NCBI GenBank assembly: GCA_026026165.1
Contig: JAPEUD010000071.1
Coordinates: 62,001 to 122,461 of the forward strand
Source of the DNA: Sarea resinae
Lineage: Eukaryota
Reading direction: 5' to 3'
DNA: 60,461 bases
A model generated the notes under the pieces. That model was not told the DNA's origin, made no database searches, and saw only the letters and a list, made by a program, of their open reading frames with translations. Shown here piece after piece: positions 25,716 through 37,362 of this stretch. The position numbers and the translations under genes are program-made. Numbering within the stretch: the first letter of the stretch is position 1; every line of letters begins with the position of its first letter.

Positions 25716-25855
25716 TTGGGCCCGAGGTCCGTCCGTCCGTGGGCGACGGCCTCTGTGTACTATTACTCTGGCGATCTTCCCCTATCCACTACTTTCCGTA
25801 ACCAGAAAAGCGCACTGGGCGTTTTCGTCCTGTTTTTGGGTAGTGGCGCCTGCGG

Positions 25856-25876
25856 GCTGCTGCTGCTGCTGCTGCT
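25856..25876 (+). repeat. (GCT)7 microsatellite downstream of the ABC1 kinase gene
   Basis: Read directly. Confidence 0.9.
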
Positions 25877-26567
25877 ATTGCGGTCATGTTAGATATCGTG
25901 TGCATCTTCTTTGCATGCTTTGCTCCACCCTGTATTACCCTTTACTGGGTCCTGCGTCTAGAAATGACTCCTCACGAACCCTCACACTCTCTTCCATTTT
26001 CGTTCTCCTTAGCTTGGTAAATCGTGCTGGAATGGAGCGGCTTTTTCTTAGGAGGCGTCTGCTTGTGTAAGAATGAGGAATCAAGAGAAAAGCGGCGCTG
26101 GAGAGTATATCTTATCACTAGGAGCATCTGGTTGATTGTTAGAGTGAATCTATGCTCAGCCTTCAATATTGCATCTTCCCGTGAGGCGAGTTCCAGAGCT
26201 GTTGTAGGGCAATATGAGCTTGCTGTTGTCGCTTTTTGCCTTGAACGCAGGAGCTCACGGAACAAGAAGACTGATTGGTTGAAACCCCTTTGAATGATAG
26301 CCAAAAGAAAATATTATATTTGCTCGTAATCTGTTTCCTAATCGTCCCGCAAAAAAATGCTTAATATCCTCGGTCCCTTGAGCAAGGGCAAGGAGCCTCC
26401 GGGAAGATCAAGGCTCGACCACCCAAAATTACTGTACGGATGTGCTGTCGTAAGGAATGTACGGGCATATGCGCCAAAACCAAAATGCATCAATTTACCA
26501 CCGGTGATCGTAAGATTCGTGAGGGAAGGAAGACTTGCCCATCTGATCCCGCGACAAAAGAAATAGC

Positions 26568-28859
26568 CTATTCGGGAAAGTCAATGATCTTCCCTGGGTT
26601 CATTAGCCAATGTGGATCCAATGCTCCCTTAATGCTTCGCATGACGTTGATAGTATCAACACCGAGTTCTTTGAGCAGAGAGTCTTTCTTTCCAAGACCA
26701 ATTCCGTGTTCGCCCTAGCCACGAAGTTAACACTGCTTTGGCGGCCGAAGAAAGTGAAATGATCAAGTAGAACGTACAGTGCAGGTGCCTTCCATCTCTA
26801 AAGCTCTGTCAACCATGGCGTAGACGCATCGCTGCACAGCTCGGCGCTCTTCGGGATTAGTGCGATCGTATAAGATGCTTTCATGGAAATTTCCATCTCC
26901 GATATGACCGAGGACACTAGCAAATAGGCCAAGATCATCCAGCTCCTTTTTAGAAATTTCTGAAGAAAATAAGCAGAATACTAGCGAGAGTGGACGGGTC
27001 TACAAACCTATTATATCTGGAAGTCGAGATAGAGGTACGGCCACGTCGGTCGACCAGAGCTCCTCGCCTTCCTTTCGCAGTGCTAACATACTCCACAAAA
27101 CCTGCTTCCTTGCCGACCAAAGAGTTTCTTGGTCTTTCTTGGTAGTTGCAAATTCGAACTCTCCGCTTTTGTGGGAACTGGCGATTGCCCTCACAAGTTT
27201 GATGTTCTCCTGGACCTAAATACCAGATCAGGAAGAACTCCTGAGAAGATACAGAGATCACTGACCCCAGCTTTAGTACCAGAGAACCTAAGCTTGTCAG
27301 TCGTTGTCTCAAAGAGTATAGATCATTGGACTATCAGGCAGAAGTGTAGCTCCCAGAAAACATGGGACAAGGGGGCCAGCTTACTTGAAGAAAAGTGTTG
27401 GCACTTCTTTCCATTTCTTCTCTGTGGCCCCGGTTTGATTCACAACGCCCATCTGCACCTCATCCATAATCTCCATAGCTGCAACTGGGACACCAGCGCG
27501 CATGATTTTCGCTGCGGCTGCGGCTGCATCACGGATGGTAGGAAATGTCACGACGGCGACGTTCGTTTCTTGAGGTATGACTGCGAGCTTCAGGGTTATT
27601 TCTGTCACTAGCCCAAGAGTACCCTCGGACCCAACAATGAGGCTTGTGAGATTATAGCCTGCAGACGATTTCCTGATCATTCTATCAGCAGAGGAAGATC
27701 ATTAGCGGATCTAGACTCACCGTGGCCTCCTCCGTGTCTTGATAATGGTACCGTCCGCTAACACCACTGTTGCGTTCACAACCCAATCTTTCATAGTGCC
27801 GTATCGCACAGCGTTCGTGCCACTAAATCAATCAATTCAGAAATTGCCCCTGTACAGTAATCACAAAAGCCCAGTCTCACTGACGCACCTGCAGCTTGTC
27901 CCAACCATCCCGCCAATCTTAGCCTATATACTTATTAGCTGTCGATCGTGTAAGTCACCGAGGTTTTAGAAAAGAGCCATACAGATGGACCAGGATCAAC
28001 AGGGAAGAAAAGACCAGATGACTTGAGCTCTTCGTTGAGGCCCATCCATGAGACGGCTGGTTGCACGACGACGTCCATGCTGAAAGAGGTTCGTCAGTTG
28101 TCATCGCTCATGAATGTAACATGTCATGTCGGTGCAGACGCTTCGGGCTGCCGTACTCAGCCTCATTAAAGGAAACAATCCGATCCATGAATGAGAAATC
28201 AACGGTCATGCCTCCGTACGGGGCAGAGAAGTTTGCCTCAAGACTCGAACCTCCCGAATAAGGGGCTGAAATGATTAGATGAAAAGATAGATTAATTTAG
28301 CATAGTCTACTCACTCATAGGAACACGATATTTGTGGCAAACTTTGGCTATCTGAGAGACATCTTCGGTCGACTTGGGGTATGCGACTGCAACCGGTAGC
28401 CGGTCAGCATTGACAGTTGACCATTCCGAGTACCCGTGAGCGTGTAGGTCATCATCGTCAGTACTGATACTTTCATCAGAAAGCAATCGACGCAGCTCGC
28501 TGATAGCCTAACAATCCACGAAACTCTTGTCAGCGGAGCAGGCTCAGGGATAACCTGATGGCATATTTCCCTACTTTGATCAAGTCCTCACTTGTGGCGT
28601 AGCTTGGCTTTGGCAGCTTTTCTCTCGGCTGCTGGAATTGATGTTGAGCATTAGATGCCCCGTAAGTCAATGATGCTGCGATGATTGTCAGCAGCAAGAC
28701 TCGGCTTGTCGTCCATAGCGGCTTTGGTGTTGCCGTTTCAACTCTAGGCGCGTGTTTCGTCGAATGAAGTCTAGAAATGCCCCAACGTGGGGCAGAAAGC
28801 GAGAAGCAACGTCTAGATGGAGGAGAAGCGAGGCGTGAGAGAGGCCTTAACGAGCGCAT
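26568..28859 (-). CDS. DLD1: Mitochondrial D-lactate dehydrogenase (cytochrome), FAD-linked oxidase family, multi-exon
   Basis: [97 protein letters not shown]. Confidence 0.93.
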
Positions 28860-30468
28860 GACTGCAACCGGAGCGGCCAACACAGGGAAGTCAAAACAAT
28901 GGCAATCGTCTTTTCGGGATTAAAGGATATCAAGATTCGAGTCGACAAAGCAGTCCCACACACCGTTGACCCGAAGATTCATTCTCATGGCGAAGCAGCT
29001 TGAGATAAATGCCTCCGCATTCCGAAGACAGAATTAGCGGGTCGCGCGCGGCCCCACGCAAATGCTAAGGGATCCGACCATTCGTGCTCCGATGCAAGCT
29101 GGCAGCCAGCTTAGCTCTGGAACAAAACACCCTTGGTAATTGGCAATTGTGATATGATGATATGATAGATGCGAACGACGAGCTGGTGTATTGCCCTTTG
29201 TCATCGTATCACGCAATTCTACAGTCACAGAAACGGCCTTGTCTGGCAAATGACTTTGCAATGCCCCCAACGTTGCGGCTCCCCGAATTGATGGGCGCAC
29301 AACTCAAAGGGCTGCGTCGGTGCACTGCAGGGGAATTGGTTCATGGTCGACCGGTGCGGGGACTCCGGATGGACCTGCAACTCTTGGTCAAGGTATCACT
29401 GAAGCCGTTGCGGGGAGGGATCCCGTACGAGGACGCCTCGAGCACGGTGCAGTAGAGTGCAGTAGTACCCGCTACTTCTTCCATCAAGATTGGGGGACGG
29501 GATCGATTCGAACCGTGCCATCTCGATTGCTGGACGACTGTTCTCTTGGAAGGATCGTAGAGTAGTCGTGGCAGCAGGACGATACGGGAGTACAAGTACG
29601 GCATGCTAGTAGCGTTTGGAAGTCATCACGATGGTTCCGGGAGAAGCAAAGAAACCTCGGGCTCCAGCTTGAAATGCTGTGACTCTGCGCAGTACTCCGT
29701 GCGCCGTAGACCTTTGGCCGGTGAGAGTGGACGAAGCCATGTCGTCGCTGACGACGGGAATTGCTTGCTTTTTTCTCTTCGATCATCCTTCCACGCCTCG
29801 AGGGCTACGTTAGGTAATCATCAAAGCGGAAGTGGGTGTAGGGCAGATCAGCGATTCGGCGGCTAGATGCGGCAGTAGTATTATGGACTCCATGGAGAGA
29901 GAGAGTACGGAGGCCACCTCATGCATGCAATTCCATGGATATTCAAGTCTGAGCATTTCCATCCATTACATAATCCAGGTTAGGTAGGCACCTTCCAATA
30001 CCGTAATGTACTGCGCACTAAGGTAAGGTTCGATGAGCCTGAGGGTCTGACTGTTGTCTGCCGGTGCCTTGCGCTAGCTACTTTAGCACCTTCTAGTATA
30101 CATACCTCCTAGGTAGTAGTAATTCCCTACCACCTAGAGGTACCTCGGCCCCTCTCTGGTTTTACATCCATATCGCCCGCCAGCTAAATTCGACCTATCT
30201 CTAGATAAGCTTATTATGATTATGCCGTGCCGCGAGCCATTGAGTCAAGCTGACTGGGGTCCCGATGATTCATACTGCTCTCGCCCGACTGCACCATGCC
30301 TGTAGCCAGAGATGATTGATGGGTGCCCCAGGGGAGCTTCAAGTCTGCCTTTATAGGGCCATCTCCTTCCTTGCATCTCAACCACCGTGTTTGAAATCAT
30401 CTTGCTGAGGGACCTTATTTCCCTTGAATCCTCCCAATTGCACTCCCATAACGAGGACCTCTGATAGA

Positions 30469-31650
30469 ATGGCCGCGACTCATAGCCATCGCGCAAGAGT
30501 TCGTGAAGTGTTACCGAAGCTCTACATTGGGCCATTCAAGACAGGCGCCCTGAATTCCATTACCGATGTCCCGGGCGTGCTCGTCCACACGCAATCTATC
30601 ATTGAGCCGCCATCGTCCACCTCAGAAGCTATCAACACCGGGGTGACCACGATTCTTCCTCGGAAAGATTTCTTCAACAAAGCATGCTTTGCTGGCGTTT
30701 TCCGTTTCAACGGCTCAGGAGAAATGACAGGCTGCCATTGGCTTGAAGAGACTGGCCTGCTTAATTCGCCTATTATCATCACCAATTCCTTTGCCGTGGG
30801 CCCTTGTTATTCTGGTGTCTACGAATACTGTATCCGAAAATACAGAGATGCCGACGGATTGGCCAGTTGGTTCTTGCTGCCCGTCATTGCTGAGACGTAT
30901 GACGGCTATCTAAATGATATTGGTGCGATGCCGATCAGGCCGCACCATGTTGTGGAGGGCATAGAAAAGGCCACGAGCGATGCGGTACCGGAAGGTAATT
31001 CAGGTGGTGGAACAGGCATGATCTGTTTAGGGCACAAGGGTGGGACCGGCAGCGCTAGTCGTACCATCGAGGGATTCGGGGGAGAAACCGAGACAGACGG
31101 CACCAGAATCCCTAAAGATTTCACGATAGGCGTCCTTGCTCAGTGCAATTTTGGCGGCAAGCGATTTCTCAGGTTCGGCGGTGTTCCAGTGGGAAGGATA
31201 TTCGAGGAGCAAGATTCGAAAGCAGAAAAGATCCGACAGGAAGAGCTTGAAAAGACAAAGCAGAAGGACGGAAGCATCATTATCGTCATTGCGACGGACG
31301 CGCCGTTGCATCCTACGCAACTGCAACGTCTCGCTAAACGTGCAACCTCTGGACTGTCAAGAGTGGGCGGATGGGGAAGTAATTCATCTGGTGATATTTT
31401 TCTTGCTTTTTCCACGGCGCATGAGATTCCTCGAGATCCGGGGCGCTCGCCAAACCCTACTGTCTCCCAGTCTATTCCTTTGCTCGAAGATACTTCGATT
31501 GATTCCCTCTTCGAGGCCACGACAGATGCGGTGGAGGAGGCTATATATAATGCAATATGCATGGCCGAAACTATGGTTGGCCCTCTAGGCCGGACCATCG
31601 AGGCCATAGACTTAGACAGACTCCAGCGTTTGATGGAGAAAGATGAATAG
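30469..31650 (+). CDS. Peptidase S58 / DmpA-BapA family aminopeptidase (intronless)
   Basis: GALNSITDVPGVLVH, TGVTTILP, FNGSGEMTG, LPVIAETYDGYLND, EGNSGGGTGM, the autocleavage context KDG|SIIIVIATDAPL, and SSGDIFLAFST. Confidence 0.92.
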   Translation: MAATHSHRARVREVLPKLYIGPFKTGALNSITDVPGVLVHTQSIIEPPSSTSEAINTGVTTILPRKDFFNKACFAGVFRFNGSGEMTGCHWLEETGLLNSPIIITNSFAVGPCYSGVYEYCIRKYRDADGLASWFLLPVIAETYDGYLNDIGAMPIRPHHVVEGIEKATSDAVPEGNSGGGTGMICLGHKGGTGSASRTIEGFGGETETDGTRIPKDFTIGVLAQCNFGGKRFLRFGGVPVGRIFEEQDSKAEKIRQEELEKTKQKDGSIIIVIATDAPLHPTQLQRLAKRATSGLSRVGGWGSNSSGDIFLAFSTAHEIPRDPGRSPNPTVSQSIPLLEDTSIDSLFEATTDAVEEAIYNAICMAETMVGPLGRTIEAIDLDRLQRLMEKDE

Positions 31651-32225
31651 CAATAGAAGAAGCTATCGAAGTTCTTCTTACTAGTTTAGAAGTTTGAGTC
31701 AATGCCCAATGCTCTACCTACGAGTAACCCGAAGAACCTTTTGTCTATCAGTTCAAGAAAACTTTTGATTCTTCAGGGCGAAGGGCTGAAAATTGGTGGG
31801 CCTCCTAGGCTGGCCAATGTCTAAATCTACAAAAGTCTAGGGCGTCAAGTGTATTCTCCTTCCCTCGAGTCTAGCTCACGATCCTAATGGAGTACGGAGT
31901 ACTTCGAGTATTGAGGCTTATGTCCCGTTGCCAGGGGCCCCTCGGCCGTGATGAAATTGAATAGTATTTCCTGCGGTGCAAAGTCCCTACCAGGTACCTT
32001 ATCTTATCCTATCGTCACCTAAGGAACTTAATCACCCTAGCACGACTCTTATCGACCGAGCAGTGATACAAGCCTAGTACAACCCGTAGTGGAAGTGTGA
32101 TGCATGGCGCATCGTCAATAGGTCGCCATGGCAACAATATTCCAGAGCATCATGACTGAGCCGACTCATAATCTCCGTGTTCGCGGGCCGTCAAAGACGA
32201 GGTAGATCAATGAGTGGGCCCAGAA

Positions 32226-35200
32226 ATGACCAGAGCCATTATGACAGATGTCCAGGAATTGACCGATGAGATCAGTCGGATTGTGGCTTCGACGTATCCT
32301 CCATCACTCAAGGTACGACCGATGTCTCGTTTCGACGCTCGTTTGCCCCGCATTCCGATGTGCCACCGTGCAAGCTTGGCTTCTGCTGTGCTAGCTAGAC
32401 TTCCTTCCTTCCTAAAACTTCTGCCAAATGACCAGAAACACCGTTTGCGTTGTGATGGCAATGATCATCCGAAGTGTCATGCTGACTTGGACCTTCTGTG
32501 TAATAGAGGCTGTTCGATTTGACTCGAAGAGCAGATGCCTGCACTATCCGACTATGGATGGAAGCAAATTCATGCAAGATTGACCCGTTACTCCATGCCG
32601 TGCTTGAAGGCCTCAATGTCTTCCCGCATGCGTTAGAGATATTGGAGAAGCTGTGTAAGACCCCCCTGGCGCCACTCATGCACATTCGCGATGATCTCTA
32701 ACCCGAAGAAAGCACTATCGGTGACATTTCGAGATGCTCTCTTACGTACTAGATCTGAAATTCTAGATACCTTTCTTAGAAAGGCGCTCCGAAAGGAGGA
32801 CGAGGTTGACGAGGTCAGTCCGTGATTTGACTACTATAATAATAATCTTACTTGTTAGCAACAGTACTCAGCTATTTGCGTGACCATTCTCTCGAGTCCA
32901 CTACCAGAAGACGTTCTTCTACCGGCCGCCACATATCACTTCCTCTCTAGAAAACTCGAAGGGCTTGAACGATCTCCATCCGTTTCAAACATTAGACCCA
33001 TCTATCTAATGCTAGCCGGTGCCTGCACTGGCGGTCTCGAGGACATGCCCCCAGAGCTCTTGGCGAGGTTCCAGAAGCAGTTGCTGAGATTGCTCAAGTC
33101 ACTCGAGGACCATCACGTGTGCTTGTTTTGTTTGGCAATCTTGGCGACCGTTGTCATTGGACATACAGCGAAGCTCCCAAGTGTGCCTAGAAGCCCCTGT
33201 TCGGACCGAAGATCACCTAAAAGCTCCGAAACGGAAATTTCTGTTCCACATTATGACTCTCTCCGACAGTTCTTTGTTTCGGAGAAAGCGTCCAAAACCT
33301 TGGAGTTTGTTGCTCTTCAATTAGCCTACGCTTGTTCTGGAAGCAGTTCCATGGGCGTCGATCAAGCGAGAGAAATCCTAGAACTGGCTCAAGTGATCGG
33401 CAATGCGATTGACCCGCAGATAAGAAAGCTCTGGGTCGATAAAAACTCTCGAGGATTCAGAAAAATGATCGAGAAGATTACCAGGAGTGGTCTAAGCGCC
33501 GAACTTCAATTTCCTGTAAGAAGGAGTCCGTTCTCTGCAATCTTTGGGGCTTACAGATCTATCCAGGCTTTCGATTTCTTAGCGTCGCTGTCGATGGACG
33601 GATCTCTACCAATAGGGGAGATAAGCCTACTGAAAGATGCCATTCATCCCGGTGGGAAATTGTCACATGTCTATGGTCTCTCGGGGGGCCTCTCTCCTTT
33701 TACCATTGAACGACTTGCTGTTGGTTGATCTACTCGGGCTAAGTCTTAGATATATTGCTAATACGATGCAGCCGCATTTTGATGAAGATTACGCCCGTCA
33801 AATACTCCATACCCTTCTTACTCTAGCAAACTCTAAAGAACCAGGGACTATAGACACATTTCGAATGACTCGAAGTGCCTTGATACTGGTCCAAAATCTC
33901 ACAGAAGCACTTTCAGGGTCACGGACCTTGATACGAGGGACACTAATTGCCCTTACATCAAACGAATTGAAGCCATTCCTTCAAGAGTTCATCAGTCTTT
34001 CAGGTTGTGAGACATTAGCCGAGCAGCGGTGCTCGAGTCAGGAAGCTTGTTCACTGTCATGTCGCCAAAATCAAAATGAGCTCCGTCAATTGCTCTGTTC
34101 ATTCTTCTTAAAGGCTGCCCTTTGCGCTGGAACGGAAGAGATTGGCATCGAAGCCTCTCTTGCTGTGTCCCTCGTAGATATGCAGAGATACTTTGCGAAG
34201 CCGCAGCCCTCGTGCTGCGTATCTCAATTCCTTCGTGATACGGATCCCCTTGGAGCTATAGCATCAAAACTGGCCCAGACTCGTCCGCAAAGCTCTTCCT
34301 CTGGGGTACTTGATTGGAAAAAAAGCCTTGCTAATGACCTATTACAGGGAGCCAGAGTCCAATATAAGGAAGTTCTAGATAAAGTGGCATTGGTTTGTAG
34401 AGATTTAGAGGAACGGTGCGAGGACATAGAATCACCACTTCGGCTAGCGCGATCAGAATTAAGAGAGGCAAGAAGTTGCTTTGAAGATGCGCAGTCCCGG
34501 ATAGCTCAGTTGGAATCAGAGGCTGTTGAACGGAATTTATTTCTAGACGGGATGGAGGTTGAAAAAACTCAACTGCAAGACCGCCTCGGAGCAGCCGAGT
34601 CCGAAGCAAATGACTTCAAACAACGCGTCCAAGAACTCGAAGGCCTGCTTGAGAATGCTAAATTGGAGTCTGAACGCGCTATGGCATCAGCAAAGGCCCT
34701 CTCAGACAAGAATGAACTGGAGTATCTCGCAATACTAAGCACTAAAGAAGAGGCCATCGAATACCAGCACATGGAATGCAGGCGGGCCAATGAAGAAGCA
34801 CAGGCACTAACTGAGAATTTGCACGGCCTTCGCCATGAGAAGTCGGAGGCTGTTGAGCACGTTGTCCAGCTGGAACATATACTGGATAAGACCAAGCAGG
34901 AGCTAAACACAAATGCCATTGTCAACGTCGAAAAGGATACCCGCATCAAGAATTTAGTGGAATCTGAGCGAATTCTGACCTCGAAGGTAGAGGCCTTGAA
35001 CAATGATGTGAGGAGCTTCGAATTTCTGGAACGACGGATAGCCTAACGTATTATCTAACAGCTTGTCCAACTGACCGCGAAACATCAAAATTCCACTTCC
35101 GAAGCTGCGGGCGCCCAAAAAGATCTGGAAACGAAGATTGATGAGCTGGTACTGCTTCATGCATCAGAGAAAGAGCTGTTTAGAGCTGATGTAAGATATC

Positions 35201-36073
35201 AACCATCCCTGCCGTAGCAAAACTGAGCCAGATGCAGGCCGAGAGATTGGAACAGGCACGCAACGACGAGACTAGTCGTGCCGAGACTCAATTGCGAAAC
35301 GTAGAGTGGAAAGCCGGTTTGGAGCGAGACAAAAGCTGCCAAAAGATCTCGGAGCTGAACACTAAGGTATCTTCTACAGCTGCCCCACATTCTAATCAGG
35401 TGGTAACAACTATTAGATTGGTGTTTTGCTACAGGGCGCAGAGGACCAAGATCGCGAGCTGTTACAGCTTCGAGAATGGAGGACCCGGCTTATGAGTGTC
35501 ATGGGCCACTCTTCCCATAATCATGACCCTACATCTATTGATCAGCATGGAAAGTCAAATTCGTATTCTCAATTCCCACCTCAGGCGCCAAACTTCGGCA
35601 CGCTTGATGACCAAAATACCCAGAGCACCCCCAATCTGGAGACTGAGAAAATTGTACAGTTGGAGAACTCGTTTGACTCAGGGGCATCTTCGATAAGTGG
35701 TCCAACGCCGAAGCGAACAAGGAGGAGGAAGTATTCTAGGACGACGAAGGTTACTTTTGACAAGACTGCTCCTAGGAATGCTCATGAAACGAATCATGGA
35801 AAGCAAGCTTCACTTGAGGCTGTCCTCCCCTCGACTCATCGTTTACCCTTTGGCGAGAAGCAGAATGCGCAATCGATTGGAGGAGACCAAACAACTGCAA
35901 AGCGACTCGAGCGTGGAGATGCGGAGGGAACCCGTCAAGAATTGATCCTAGCGGACTCTTCCTTCGACGATCGCGATCTCATCATCAGCACTTGGACACC
36001 GTCATCGCATATCGACCGAGGCAAAGAAAACATTCCATCCTGCTTGTACGATGAGACGACACAGGATTTCTAG
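32226..36073 (+). CDS. Large unassigned protein (~1100 aa): helical N-terminal region, long coiled coil, basic S/T-rich tail
   Basis: About 9 exons splice in frame across canonical GT-AG introns (first 32313-32505). Heptad-rich E/L/K region ~34330-35480; tail SGPTPKRTRRRK; ends LYDETTQDF*. Start could be 32226 or 32241. Confidence 0.75.
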
Positions 36074-37362
36074 GCTGTATGCCATTTGCCTTTTAAAACG
36101 AGCATTTCCAGCACAAGCTGTTTCTGTGCAGTTTTGGTGGTATGCAGCTGTAGCGTCTCATGTGCCGCACGTGGAACATCGGCTCTGGACTAGGCGGCTA
36201 AGTGAACCGTTGCGTCTTTCGTAAGTTTGGACGAAGTTTGTCGGATCACTGTACATTCTGTTTGACCACTGACTCTCGCTCCGCAAACGACCAAACAAAA
36301 CAACACGACCTGTCGCAATTTAATCGTCAGCCTTTTAATTCTCTCTACCTATTCACCCTCAATGTAGTGTGATGAGCAGTTTTAGATCAAGTGCACTGCT
36401 CTATACTCGCTACTTCACCACGTAAACTTGAAGATTGACACGACCATCAAACTCCACCATTAGAGAGTGCAGCTAAGAGCGAACGTGAAATCAGACCGAA
36501 CACAACGACTGATATCCGAACAAGTTTGCATGTCTGAATCACCACACAATCAGTACTGATGATAGTTTTCGATTAACTCTATATGCCACTCAAACATCTA
36601 AGCGGATGGAGCGAGAACTACTCTTCCGTTGTAGTATTCACTTCTTCGACAGGAAGACGTGAATGCTGAACGCCGAATGGAAAGTCAAATGAGCTTTAGT
36701 GCTTCTGGTTCGACTTACCTCCACCTGACCGCCTACCTTAACGCCTACCTTAACTGCAGGTATGTGATGGAGAGTGTATGGAAGGTACGCTGCCCGCCCA
36801 AGTAGGTGAATACTACTATGGTCGTTGATCGTCGCACTCGTGCATGTCACCTTCCATGCTGCCGCAAGTGAGCGTCTTCTTGATATCTGATTGAGACAAC
36901 TTCTTTTGCCTACCTACCTAATACCTTACCCTCTTATGTCATTGTTCACCATCACCTCACCTTCCTAAATCCTCAGCGACTGACCTACTTGCTCCTTGGC
37001 ATAGGGAATGAAAAAGACTTGCATCTATGTCACTTGATAGGTCAAAGGTAAGCAACCTTCATGACTTCACGATTTCATAAATTCACAACTCTATAACGAT
37101 CTTCCTTAGACGTAAGAGGCTGATAGGTCCATTGCTTCACGACTAGGTGTCCCACTTCCAGTGAATGACATAAGCTCTTTCGACACATGAGAGCTCACAT
37201 CTACCTACCAATAACCTAGGCCTCTTTAACCACCTTTCTTAAAAGATCATACGGATGTTTCCAAATACAACTACCTTTATTGAGGACTAAGGCGCTCTCG
37301 AGCCTTACAGCTTCGTTCTACTAGGAAGGAGACCTTTCTCAAACGATCATAATTCTGATTCT

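Noticed and set aside
29856..29865. Exact yeast URS1 sequence TCGGCGGCTA (and TAGGCGGCTA at 36191-36200)
   Set aside because: Isolated short matches; I cannot support Ume6-type regulation in this lineage from sequence alone.
29034..29866. Several 80-100 aa ORFs between DLD1 and the peptidase
   Set aside because: Overlapping on both strands with no recognisable domain or coherent splice model.
31648..31656. TAG-CAA leaky-stop context after the peptidase gene
   Set aside because: A second in-frame TAG follows at once, so read-through would add at most two residues.
36369..36537. C-box GTGATGA with downstream CTGA, possible C/D snoRNA
   Set aside because: No convincing terminal stem and no rRNA-complementary guide recognised.
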